This document shows positions 49,048-62,183 of a stretch of DNA of 64,000 bases, piece by piece. Origin of the DNA: Antedon mediterranea (lineage: Eukaryota > Animalia > Echinodermata). The notes under the pieces are model-generated. The model was not told the DNA's origin, did no database searches, and saw only the letters and a list, made by a program, of their open reading frames with translations. The stretch covers positions 7,254,001-7,318,000 of the forward strand of contig NC_092680.1 of NCBI RefSeq assembly GCF_964355755.1, in the 5' to 3' direction. The first letter of the stretch is position 1; every line of letters starts with the position of its first letter. Position numbers and translations under genes: made by a program.

Positions 49048-51145
49048 TTAAAATATGTATTGATACAGTTTATAGAGTAGAAAATTGATTAGGCTATCAC
49101 TTTTACAAATTATTATCTCTCTCAGTCGAATAGTTTTATCCGCCTTTAGTGTATTTTACATAAAGTAAATACAAAATGTGAATACCCCTTGATACCAGGC
49201 AATATTGCCGCAATATTATTATGGCCTGGTTGATAAAGAAATACGTCACTTGGGAAAGGAACTTGAAGAATCAGCTACACTCACGGACTTTCATCGGAAA
49301 ATAAACTTAATATTTAACATAATAAGCTTCTCCATGTATTCAAAAATATAATTCGAATATTTATAGCAAAATGTGTCCTATCCTTACCCGCCCAGTTACC
49401 TATTTCTAGTAGGACAAAAATAGCCCTGACACAACAACACTGTAGCCCCGTAGTAATCACAATCGTTTCCCGAAATTCCGTCATTGATGAATGCATTGTG
49501 GGTAATAAGTAAAGACTCTAGAGGGGGCTCTTCAAAAAATGTTATTGGCAACTGCAAAGAAAGTTTTTAAACAAGAAATATTTCTTATAAAAAACGCTGC
49601 TCGCTTATTGAAAAATATTTTTTATTTCAAATGTTTTTGAATGTGTCATTTTATTGTCACATAATAGTTATTTTATCTGAAAAAAATGTAATTTAAAGCA
49701 ACAAATACTTAAATTGTCTGTCAGACAATGGTTTTGGGGTTTCTTTTCTTTTTTTATATGTGAATAAATATTATTTTTTTGTTACAGAAGTGAATACTCA
49801 ATTTCTGTCACTTTAGTTAATTTTATTGCTAAGGTCAAATCTGGGGGTCACTTCATCACCCTAGATATTTCAATTGTGAAGTATCCTATTACAAACACAA
49901 ACTTTAATGGACTGTTTCGATAATAATTCAATGAATATCTGACAGTGAATATACCAGAAATGCTTAGGGATTTTTAATTTTAGCATGACATGTCCTAATA
50001 GACTCTTTCCCAGACGTTTTTTGGGTCTACTGTAGCAGCTGGAATCAATAAATTATAGTGGAGTTTCCATTTTCACAAAACTGTCTGTCCTTAGAACTAT
50101 AACTGCTGCTTGCTTTAGCTTCTGATTGAGTAGTCCTAATGGGACGTAGCGGGCTAGAGCAGCAGCGTGAAAAAATACTAAGATTAAAGAAACTCATCGT
50201 TCTATAGCGGATATTCTAACTTTAAAATAAATATTTAAAAATCGCCTTTGAATATTTTCTCACTAAATTCAATTGAGATTTGAGATTGTCTTTTGAATAC
50301 AACATTTAAGTCTGGAACAATCTATAACTAATTTTCCCAAATCAGAAAAACAGCAACCGGCCGGATTTACGGAAATAAGCTTTTTTTCCTATGCGGCTCA
50401 TGATTAAAATGTGGCCTCGTTTACACGCAAAAATTTTACAATCTATAAAACAATTACACTAATGAATCGGTAGACTGAGCTAACCGGTCATCATTCATAG
50501 CTAGATCATAGGTCTATTTTTATACATCCATGGCTAGATTAATAATACTAATTTCGTATAGATTTGAATATGAAGCTTTCATTTTAATCTATTTCTTATC
50601 AGACTTGAGGCTAAAAAAAACAACCAACCCAATCCTGATTAGAGGCTAATTTGTGCAATTTTGATAGAAGGCGGCAACCGCGAATGAATTTCTATGGTGT
50701 GGCAAGAGGCATCCCCTATCATACTGACGATTACTATATAAATTATAGTGATTATGTATGCATAATGACGACAGCATCATGACAGATGAATATGCATTTA
50801 CGACGGTAGGAATCGCAAAGATAGCTGACCTATTTCCTAAATTAACATAACCCGCTAAATATTTATCTTCAAAATAAAAGAAAAACAATATTTATTTTCT
50901 ATTAAAATAAATACATTAAAAAAAATAAAAACCGTAGAGAGATTCTAACCCAGGCTATAACTGAGAGTACTTAAAACAGAGCATTACCCGTTATGTCACA
51001 AAACAGGCCAACATTGACTGAACCTTATAATGTCTATTTATACGTACTTGCTTCATATTACGTAATTCATCGATACGTCAAAATGCATATTCATGGCGTC
51101 ATCTTGAGTGAACAAAGCCTGTATTAACCTATTTAAAATCAAGAT

Positions 51146-51340
51146 GACCGGTTAGCTCAGTCGACTGAGCGTCGAGTTAATAATACGAATTTTGAGGGTT
51201 CGAATCCCATGCTGGTCGGAAAGTTTCCCTGGTGGAATAGAGTTAAAGCTATGCGAGCTACTGTATTTGAGGTACACAGAATAATACTGTGTTTGGGCCT
51301 TAGTGCTGAGGCGGGAGAGCACACCTTAACATTTTTTTTT
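51146..51340 (+). pseudogene. tRNA-Ile(AAT)-like pseudogene or tRNA-headed SINE
   Basis: 51146-51218 folds as a cloverleaf (acceptor gaccggt/gctggtc, D stem gctc/gagc, loop ttAATaa, B box ggttcgaatccc) with mismatches in the anticodon and T stems; ~110 bp of body ends in a T run. Confidence 0.7.
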
Positions 51341-51908
51341 GTCTGCGGCTTACACCACCTGTATTCGATATCATAAATGTTATGTTTAGCACCTTCAATT
51401 TAAGAACACCAGCGTTATAATGTCAGAAAATTAGTATGCGCTGTTTGTATTTTATAATTTTGTTCTGTTGTTGAAGTAGGCTACCGGCATGAATTGTATG
51501 CAAGAGACTTCTAATATTTCATTTCATAATTCAATGAATGAGTGCAATAAATAATCAATATATTTTAGGTCAAAAGTTCGGTTGAAATATTTCGTCAAAC
51601 TAGCGATGCTCGGAATGGAAGAAGGCAATCTAACAACACTCATGATAAACTACCATGTACCAAAATTAAAAAGCAAAGATAGTGTTGCAAAAAACAACAA
51701 AAAGTTATATTTAGAGAGAGGGCGCTATGTCAAAAAACACATTTATCATACACTTTTGCTGGGCTTGGAATTTCATTTTTCACGCTTTGGCTTTGCGTTT
51801 ATTCCGCTAGCCTGCTGTATGTGTGTGCTGGCAGCTAGATAGTAGCTAGCTGTGTGTGTTTTGTAAATGATAGTAGAACTTATATGTAGTAGTACGTTAC
51901 ACTTTACC

Positions 51909-53416
51909 ATGGGGTAAGTTAAATAACGACTGTATTATAAGTCGGTATCAAATATTCTTTACGATTTTATAAAAACTTTTAGGCTAGCTAATTAGTTAGG
52001 CCAGCGTTTCACAACTTCTGCACCGCGATCTCGACTGCCACACCTGGTCTTCTGAGAGTAGAAATTATTTCCCGTACATCAGTTCTGTACAGTATGGGCC
52101 TAGGCTAGTCACTGTAGGTCTACAATAACACTAAATAATAAACTATATATATTAATAAAGTACAATAATAATGTAAAATACGGAAAAGTTACTTGATGTT
52201 GGTTAAACTAAATTTTTTTTCAATATTTCATTATCATATTATGAATATGATGTGTGTGGTCGTGTTATGCGCAATTTGAACGATTTGCGCAATTTGAAAT
52301 TGCGCAAAAAAAATCCTTGCGCAATTTGAATTGGAACATGTGTTTCAAATTGCGCAAGCAACGTATTAAATTGCGCAAGTAATCTGCAAATTGCGCAAGG
52401 TTTTTCGACAGATTGTGAAATCATGCACACCCATATTTTTATAGTAATTTCTAAGAATGATTCAAAATTAAAGATAAATATCGCATTTCCTTATTTTAGT
52501 AGTGCAAATATTGTTATAAGTTAGCATACCGTCGAAGAACCGACGAAGGAAAACGAAGCGGTGGTATTCCACCAGGCGGGCGCGGCGCGGGCGGCCGGCT
52601 ATACTACTCTAGCCTAGCTAGGGTCTGGACTACTGATACTGACTAGGTTACATGGCCTAGCTTAAACTAATATTAACAAGGCCAACAGCCATTAAGTCGC
52701 GTGCTACAATGCATAGTGATACCGGACCGACAGACAAACAGACCGACATACAGACAGACCGACAGACAGACGGAGCGACCGACATAGTGAACTATACTGA
52801 CCGAAATTACTGAACATGTTTAAAAATGTTGAAATGTTTAAAAACATTTATATTTTTTTAATTTACACGTGCGTAGCCTGTCACTTTTGACGTGCTCGTA
52901 TAACGTAATTTCGAGTTGAAAAGTAAGTCAAGAAAACAGAAATCGGGCAAGAAGAGTGCGCAATATCATTTAACGCGCAGTGCGCGCGCAAAAATCTGCG
53001 CACTCATGGCAATTTTGTAAACGCTTAAAATTGCCTGAAACGTACTCTTATTTCATCGAAAATAAATTTTGAAAATTTTAAGCGCGCTTACGCATGCGTT
53101 ACATGCGCTACGCACGTAATTGTATTGCCATATGATGATTTATGCCCTGAAATTTATGAGTACCAAATTTTATTTAATTGTGATTCATGGTTGTTAAGAT
53201 ATGATTACAAACGTGATTTCGTTAAATCGTGCGTAGACCGCGTAATTTTTTATTGCGCACCGTGAAAACATAACCACATCGATTCCTGGCCATAAGGAAT
53301 ATTCTGTGAAAAATTGACTTAGCTAGATTAAACTGATATCAAGATAAGGTCATAAAGCGATAAAACGCATAGTGATACCGGACCGACAGACAGACAGACA
53401 GACCGACAGACAGACC

Positions 53417-53452
<36 letters not shown>

Positions 53453-56400
53453 GGCCGACCGACCGACATAGTGAACTATAGAGTCGCTTCCACGCGACTA
53501 AAAACTTAAAAAGTGAGTATTAACATTATCTTCATTGAAATGGTCTTATTCTAAATTTTAAACTCCTCTGCCTAGGCCTAGCCTAGCCATGTATGGGAAA
53601 ATTTACAGTTCGTTTTCAAATTGCGCAAAGGTGTCATATTGCGCAAGAACTATCTTGCGCAATTTACAAATTGTGCAGCGCAATTTAAAATTGCGCAAAG
53701 ATTTTCTTGCGCAATTTGAAATTGCGCAAGTTGATTGCGCAATTTGAAATTGCGCAAAAAAATCCTTGCGCAATTTTAAATTGCGCAAGAATTCTTTGCG
53801 CAATTTCAAATTGCGCAAGGATTTTTTTGCGCAATTTCAAATTGCGCAAATCGTTCAAATCGCGCATAACAGTCGCATTAAACTAATATTATAACAACAA
53901 TAACATTCAAATGTTTTGATGGCAACCTCCATCCATGTTTTGATTTGGTGTGAACAGGGAGATGTCTCCCTGGTGTTAAAGGGCATGAGGAAAGGAAGCA
54001 GTTGTCATTATGTTGTGTTATGCACTTGTGAATTGTATGACCCCCAGAGGAGAGGTGCGTCATACCAATAATGAATACCATGACACACCCTTGCGTCAAA
54101 ATATGACTTACCTTCAGATGACCGTGATGCATCCATTTTGACCAATTTTGACTATGTTGTTTTTGATATGGTGGGTGGAAAAATGATTAAATTAACACAC
54201 CATTCTTCATCATTTTATATGTCCCTGCATCAATAATTATTTCTAAATAACATACCCATGATGCATCTATCCTGAGGGTTGTGTAGTTAATAATATAATT
54301 GACAAGTGCATTATTGGTACTACTCTCCCCCTCTCCCTCTTTGCTGGTTGAAAAATGTTTAACAAGTAGGCCCTTACCAAAAAGCCCTCATATATTTTTT
54401 TGAGATAGGGTACACCAACTTTAAATTCAATCATTATTTATTGTATATACTATTACTAGGCGTTAATAAATAAAAACAAAAAAAAATGAAATAGGGTATT
54501 CATTTAATGTTGGCTATTTCTATCACTAGATCTAACCATTTAGTGAATTATGAACAAAGTATATTTATCGCCATGTTTAGGGTTCTTGCACCAGAACTCA
54601 ACTGCTCATCGCTAAAGCTGAGACGATCGCGTCTTCGGCCTTTTAAACCTAAATAAAAACATCCCTCTAGGCAATGGTGGGTAAAGACGATGACGGGTAA
54701 AGACGATGGGAGGTAAAGACGATGGCGGGTAAAGACGATGGCGGGTAAAGACGATGGCGGGTAAAGACGATGACGGGTAAAGACGATGATTTGTAAAAGA
54801 CAATAGTAAATTTTTAAAACAAATTGATAATTGAACCTACAAAACCTCTAAAACCAGCAGCAGTACCACACCACTGAGCCAGCCAATCAGTCGAAAAAAT
54901 CGGTGTTAAACTTTGAACATGAGTTTATAAAAATTTGTATGCATGAAAGATTTTAATTGACCAATCAGTTGCATTCTGCGAGAACCCTATACACGGCGTA
55001 CCTGTATAATAGCAGCCATAAATTGTTCATGTCTTGGCTATTTTCTAAGATCATTTCTTTAAATGACCCATTAATATGATGCATGTTGCAATAATTTACT
55101 TGAAACGGTACACGTCATTGATGAAACTGATATTTTGTGTATCTTATATATTTTAGTTAAGGTTTTTGATGTTGTATATCTTGTGTTTCTTGCTTTTTTT
55201 ATTTAACATTTTTTATGCTTGTTTTGTACTGTCAGGCGCTTTATAAAAAGCGCCATATAAATGAAATAAAAAATTACTTTTATTGTTGAATTCTGATTTC
55301 AGTATGCTTTAATTGGCATACTGTATTGGTATGCAATCTTATTGTAAGCAGTGGTTTCATCTGTACCAGGCCTTGTCTTTTAAGGCGAGTGAGTGCGATT
55401 ACTCACCTAACACACTCCTAAATTGCCCTTCAGGAGTGCGATTTACAACACGCCTAAATTTAGTAAACTTCTACACACGAAAATACAAACAGCACACCTA
55501 CAGCACCCCTGAATATATTGAGGAGTGCAATTTGTAGCACACTTATGATTTTCAAAGACAAGGCCTGCTGTACGCAATTTGTGATGAAGTACAACAACTC
55601 TGTTGGAGAAATTCTTCTTGTAAAAACCCAGTAATAATGGTTGTAAAATCATTTAACAGAGAGTTAGTGCACTTAGTAGAATAGGAGCATCTTCATTGTT
55701 CCCTACTGACATAATCCATTGTTGAAATAAAGCACACTCATCTTCAAGATAATCAACCTATACTCAGGTACAGTAGCAGGGTGACAATTTTGCTTTAAGC
55801 TGAATTTGTTTTTAAAGTTCAAAGGTTAATTGATTTAGACTGAATTGAAGTTTGTCAGTAATAATAATAATAATGAAAATATTTATACCTCTTTGGCGAA
55901 GGTAATAATAACCATAGCCTACTGACACGGCTCCTACTGTACTTGGAACACTGTAGTTAATAAGCACACCCCTGTTTTTCATCAGTTTCAATACAAAGTG
56001 AATCACTCATTTTATAGTTTACAGTAAAGCTTGAGGACAATAATAAGATTTACTTTACCTTTATGCTAATTGAAGTACAGTACTGTCAAAGTAACTGCCT
56101 ATTTGATTATTAACTTTTCTTTGAAAAGTACTGTTACCGTGCCGACAAAGCTTGCAATACAAATTACAAATTATAGTTAACATCTTAAAATCATGAATAT
56201 TGTAAACATTCAGTTAGTTTATTTTATTTATAAAATTCTTAATTAGCTAATTATAAATTAGCAAGAATAAGAATTCGTTTTTTTCTTTAAATCAGACTTA
56301 GAGAGTTTATAATTATTTTGAAATTATAAACCTGTAGATATTTAAAAAGTATAGTAACAATGTATGAACATTACTAGATGGATGGTGGCTTTATAGCATA

Positions 56401-59400
56401 ATATAACTACTGTACATTACCACCAACAAATAAAAGCACCTTCCATTGACAGTTTAATGATTTCTTTCAAGGTACTTTTATAAATTTAAGGTTTTAATAA
56501 AGTATAAAACTATCAATCATCCTTTATTTCTACATTTTCATAAGAAAAAGTTATGGTACTGTACATACTAATATAAACGTTGACAAATAGTTTAGCATTC
56601 CCAAAAACATGCTCAGCTAGTAATAGTAAAGTAAAAATCAATTGTGTATGCAAGTCAAATTTGTTTAAAACTGATCACTCTGTATATTACATTGATCAAA
56701 TCAAATCACTTGATTCATGCTTAATAGGAAGATAAGAGTGTTTTTCATAGTACAGTATACAGTAGTACATAAAAATATTTTTGGTTAAAAGATATCTTTA
56801 AATGGAAAAGCACTTAATAATAATACCTGATCAATAATTCAGTACAGTATTACTACAGTACATTCAATTTAATTCAAAAGACATTTATTTATAAAAAGAT
56901 AGTAGTGACAGATTATTGAACAAAAAGTACATTGTACAATAGGGTGGCTCTTTTGTTGCCTGGCCTGTAAAATGTGGCTATGGGCTTGCCATCCTACCCT
57001 CTATCACCTCCTGTTTAGAATGGATCATTCTCCATTCTCCCTCATTTATTCTAATTCTGAATTCAACCCCAGCTTAACCTCTACAGTAATGAAGTGATTT
57101 TATCAGAATAGATGAAACTAATGAAATGCATTCATAATTAGAATAGATTCCTTAGTCATCCCCATTACTGTTAAAAGTGTAAATACCAACGTCGTTCTGT
57201 GCAGTCATACATTGCTACTGTACTGTGTAGTTACTAAAGTGTATATTAGTACACATACAGCAGCAAGCAGTTAGAACTACAGTATGTCCAACATACTGTA
57301 CTGTAGTATAATCAAAATTAGTGGTACACAATCTGTACACAAGACATTAGTTGGTTAATAGTCAATTTTCTCAAACTTATTCTTTCGAAACTGTGTACAC
57401 TGTACAGTACAGTCATTCTTTTTGATAGCATTTAAAACTTGGTATATACTGTAGGCCTAAGTAAGATGTATTATAATGATACAAGTCTTTTGTAGAACAG
57501 TATAAGATGCGAGGTTTTATTGAATTTTACAGTTATTGCGCTTTTTGTTTGATGGATGGATTGGATGTGACATCCGAAATAAAAGGAAATTTATTTGAGT
57601 ACTATTCTTGTCAGAATTTTATCAGAAATAAACATTAAATTTAAAAATGCGATGTGTGAACATTTCAGGGACAAGGCTTCTCACATTTTTCAACATCTGC
57701 AGGATTCAGAACGGTGTAAGGCCCTCGCTAATGCGGAATGCTTCACCGTTCTGGATTCTGCAGATTCCGCTTTCAAACTTAAGGTCAAGGAGGCCCTTCA
57801 CATCACACAATCAAATCGATTACTTAGACGTCACACTTGCCATATGATTGTTTGTTGCCTATGTTCCTTGTTGTTTTATCATTAGCTAATTACTTCCTTA
57901 TTTACATATAACCTGTCCTAATGGTACATTATATATGTACTCTAGGCGTTGTTTTCTGTTCTGAGAATAGTTTCTCGAAACATGTCACATTTTAAGGCAG
58001 TTTGCCTACTCATTAAATGCCTCACTATCGTTATTTTAACTTGAAAGTTCGGTGGAATCATTCATGATTTATCTAACTGTAGTAAAAATGTATTTTTATA
58101 ACTGAAAGAACACAACACAAGGTGCTATTTATTAATAACATCTAGCCAGTGAGTTCATTCAGACTTGTGAATGTTAGCATCACCTATATAGTGAATTATT
58201 CATAGCATATCTTTAATTGCTTTGTTTTCTATCATGTGCACATGATGATGAAGTGAACTGTTTTATTACAGTCTAATAATAGTACTGTATATACACATTG
58301 GTTTGCTATCTTGTTTTTTTTTTATTGCCTCCCACTAAGATGTAATATACAGTACAGTGTAGTACTAGCGTACAAACAAGGTATCTATTTTGAGCTCTGT
58401 CTACACTGTCAAACTAGTTTATGCTGAAATATGGTAGTGATACAAATAACATCATCATGTCCATATATGGGCACATCACATTTTTTTGGCACATAAAGTT
58501 TGATAGTGTAGACAGAGCTTCAGAAGAGGTTCTTGAAAACCATTAAGTTTTGTCTACAATATAAACTCTATGTGACAAAAAAAAATGGGTTGTGCCCAAA
58601 TATGGTAGGGATATGATGTCACCAATTACATTTTTTGCCATATAATTTTGATAGTATAGACAGAACTAAATTATATCCATAGTTTAGAACAAATACTTAC
58701 TGTAGTATTTAATTAATTTCAGTAATTTTGATATACCGGTAATAAAAAAAGGCTACCATAGTGCTCTTTGTTGTGGGAAAACCCCTATGTTGGTACAGTA
58801 TGCACTGTATACCAAGGCTTTTTTCTATATATATTTTTTATTCTGAGCTCCATTACTGCGTTGTACTGTACAGTATGGTCTCCCTTCCCATTGAAAGTGT
58901 AATGGTTTCCCATAACCACTTTTGACTAAAATGAATGTTAATGCACCAGCCTGATTGATGTTTTGTACTACTGTAGTATGTTAGTACTGTATTTAGATTA
59001 CATTCACTTTCATGATTATTAGTATTACAACAGATGTATTTGATTTGAAAATCCCTATGGAGGTAGAAGGCGATGATTGGAATATGATGCTGTAAAATGG
59101 ACAAATCCATGTCATTTTCAGTACTATACCCAGTTCTTAATACTGTACTAACTTTTTGTAATTTATGATGTTTTAATTTGAGAAATTTGTTTTCCAATAT
59201 GCAAAGTGTATAGCATATTTTATAAAACATTTATGATTTTGTTAGAAATTAATGTACAGTATTGTTGTACATAAGGAGAATGTAAAGTTTCCACTTAGGA
59301 TCAGATCAACGTAATGATTAATCGATCTTATTAGCAATGTGAAGTTACAGTCTGACATCTCACGATCTTAAGATCTGTCTACACTATCAAACTAGTTTGA

Positions 59401-61602
59401 CCATATATCAGGGAAAATTTTCATTTAAAAATTTTGTTTAGCAATATTGCTAATCAAACTGATTTTTAAGTCGAGAAACATAGTTTTGTATTGTATTTTT
59501 TGCTACACAATTTTCAAAATGTGTAGCAATAAGGTTGTTTTGTATAGCTTTTTGCTACGCTACACTGGCGAAAATGTTCCCTGTATATGGACATTTTTTG
59601 TCTGATACAGTAAATGTTGATTGTGTAGACAGAGCTTTAATTTGTATTTGATAAATTGAACAAGTATCTTGATGTTGTGTCTATTCAGAAATAAAATTAA
59701 AAATAAAGGCGGATTAATGATTTTTAAAACAGGGGAGCGCTAACATAAAATATTAATATCAAAGAATAGTTCATAATTTCATTATAGCTGTCAAAAGAAT
59801 GAGGGGAAGCGTGCGCCCCTGCTCTACTCATGGATCCGCCCCCTGAAAAGTAAGAGTTAAAGTAGACATTTGCAATGTGAAGGTTGAATAAAAATGTTTT
59901 TTTTTTAATCTTCATATAAAATTAAAAGATGTGAGAATAAGTTACTTATTAAACTCATCATTCGATCTTCACAGGGAACAACCGATCTTCACCACACGAG
60001 CTCATGTTTTTCGAATTGATCCTGTTTCAAAAAAGAATTGGCTCCCCTCCAGTAAACAGGCTGTCAACATCTCGTATTTCTATGACAACACAAAAAACAT
60101 ATATCGCATAATTAGCGTAGATGGCAGTAAGGTAGGCAGCTTCACTTTAATTATTTTAGTTCATAACAATTCAATACACACAGGACTCACTGTTTTGTGA
60201 AAGATTATTAGATAATGGTTTAATGGTTATGGTTTAATTTTAAATGAGGTGAATTTTAAATGTGCCTAGCTTACCTGGATAAACCGACAATAGCCCATAT
60301 TCTCCAGGAGGAGGGCTTAATGTCTAAAGCACCCTCAACCATAATGGACCAGTCTGTCATTGCTCCAGCTATCCCCGCAGTTAAGTAAGCTTAAGTAATG
60401 GTGGCGGTGGTATATTATGTGTGGCCATTTTCACCTCAGAGTGTGGTTGTGGACTTGTCCATTATGGTAGAGGGATGCAATAGGAACTTTTATCTTTTTG
60501 TATCTACTTTCCCTCTGGAGAGCAATGCTATTGTCTGTTTATCCAGGTGGTAAGTGACACTCATATGCTGTACTACCAGTGTTGGTTATTTATTCAGTCA
60601 CTGATTTTTATATTATTTTGTATGCTATTACTGTATTAACATTACTATAGTCACTCATATTTGTTATTGTAATAACATTTGATTTCAATTTTGTTTTAGG
60701 CTATTATTAACAGTACTATAAATCCTTCAATGTCATTTACTAAAACATCTCAGAAATTTGGGCAATGGTCTGATAGCAAAGCAAGCACTGTGTATGGTTT
60801 AGGGTTTTCCACTGAAGCAGAGTTAAATAAAGTAATTATCAATTTATTTATTCAAGTTTTATCACTGATTCCTCTTTGAAAATAAAAAATCTTAATTGAA
60901 AGACTATGCAATGAATGTAAAGTATGTTACCTAAGGATAAAAGAAATGGCACATAGGCTTGTCTCGAACTCATGCCTGCCAATGCAAGTCCATTGTCCCT
61001 TACCATTTATTCCATACCACTCGCTTAGTCTGATGGTATTGGAAGACACAGATTATAAAAAACCTGTTAAGGTAGAGGGTAGTCTCGGATATTGTAGGTG
61101 ATTTACATATTTATAATTAGATTTTCTGTAATGTACCGTATGTGTACACAGTACTATTTCTGCAACAATAAAAAAGATGTTATCTACATGCAATGCATTA
61201 TTAAGTATGATTATTAAGTAATTTGGAGTAGGTTACCATAGAGATGTCTATAGAATAGTACCAGTAGAATTCATAGGTCACCAGGAAACACCACCCCTGC
61301 ACCAGGAACATTGTTGTAAGCCTATTACTTCCTTCTTGTAAGTTGTATTGTTATAGCATACTTGATGTTATATTACCTGATACAACTTGTAAAGTTGACT
61401 GCTTAAAAGTATACTAAATGCCGAATAAAAAGAACGCAAGAAACGTAGAGATCACTGTCGTACGTGTAAGTTGATTGTATTCATTTATGTTATATTATAG
61501 TTTGTAGAGAAATTTAATGAAGTGAAGGAAGCTACGAAGGGTGGACCATCAGAAAAAGGGAGTGGAGAACCACCGAATATTGTGAATTCACATGTTCATC
61601 AT
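51909..61602 (+). CDS. homer: Homer scaffold protein (EVH1 domain), 5' part. Exons 51909-51913, 59975-60131, 60700-60831, 61501-61602; gene continues past the window.
   Basis: MG|[16 protein letters not shown]...[10 protein letters not shown]|[36 protein letters not shown]...|[11 protein letters not shown]. The 5-nt start exon accATGGG|gtaagt is phase-compatible. Confidence 0.93.
52263..53871. mobile_element. Ginger-like non-autonomous DNA transposon with TTGCGCAA palindrome arrays
   Basis: ~70-bp TIRs with TGT...ACA termini; 4-bp TSD GTCG on both sides. Confidence 0.8.
52675..53503. mobile_element. HINE/DINE-1-like element nested in the Ginger-like element
   Basis: Subterminal agtcgcgtg / cacgcgact, (GACA)n microsatellites, 3' hairpin agtcgc-ttccac-gcgact, duplicated catagtgataccggaccgac block. 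Confidence 0.72.
54678..54790. repeat. 16-bp tandem repeat, ~7 copies
   Basis: Unit gggtaaagacgatgRc. Confidence 0.9.
55367..55567. mobile_element. hAT-like MITE with 6-bp TSD
   Basis: TIR caggccttgtcttt / aaagacaaggcctg; TSD CTGTAC. Confidence 0.85.
57655..57990 (+). mobile_element. Penelope-like retroelement fragment (C-terminal part of GIY-YIG endonuclease)
   Basis: [14 protein letters not shown]...[21 protein letters not shown] fits the EH..S.I..H...F.IL....L...EAL.I pattern of Penelope-like endonucleases. Confidence 0.7.
59409..59583. mobile_element. hAT-like MITE with 5-bp TSD nested in a Harbinger-type MITE
   Basis: TIR cagggaaaattttc / gaaaatgttccctg; TSD TATAT. Confidence 0.75.
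60273..60549. mobile_element. MITE in Homer intron 2
   Basis: TIR acctggataaaccgacaatagc / gctattgtctgtttatccaggt. Confidence 0.7.
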
Positions 61603-61762
61603 GTAAGTACAGAATACTATACAAGTAACAGGGCTTAAATTTACCTTTTAAGCTGAATATTGTTGATTTCCTGGTCATCATATCATACAGTAAGGAAGAA
61701 CATGAAATGCAGTTTATAATAATCTGACAATTTTGAATTCTTTGCCTACAATTTTTTTAATC

Positions 61763-62183
61763 TATGCGATCTCTTTCATGATCAATTTTATGGGATCTCT
61801 TTCATGATCAATTTTAGTTTATGCGATCTCTTTCATGATCAATTTTAGTTTATGGAATCTCTTTCCTGATTAATTTTAGTTTATGCGATCTCTTTCATGA
61901 GTAATTTTAGTTTATGCGATCTCTTTCATGATTAACTTGAGTTTATGCGATCTCTTTCATGAGTAATTTTAGTTTATGCGATCTCTTTCATTATTAATTT
62001 TGGTTTATGCGATCTCTTTCATGATTAATTTTAGTTTATGTGATCTCTTTCATGATCAATTTTAACATTTTAAAGTAATCTTTTTCAAGCTAATTTTAGT
62101 TTCTGCAATCTGTTTAATGATTAATTTTAGTTCATGTGATTTGTTTCTTAATCACTTTAGATCAATTTTAGTTCATGTGATCT
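61763..62183. repeat. ~31-bp minisatellite, degenerate toward the 3' end
   Basis: Unit tgcgatctctttcatgatcaattttagttta. Confidence 0.9.

Noticed and set aside
51146-51218. Functional tRNA-Ile gene
   Set aside because: Mismatches in the anticodon and T stems and no conserved D-loop GG.
52239-54803. Short ORFs with LRNFKLRK and FTRHRLYP repeats
   Set aside because: Translations of palindrome arrays and a 16-bp tandem repeat.
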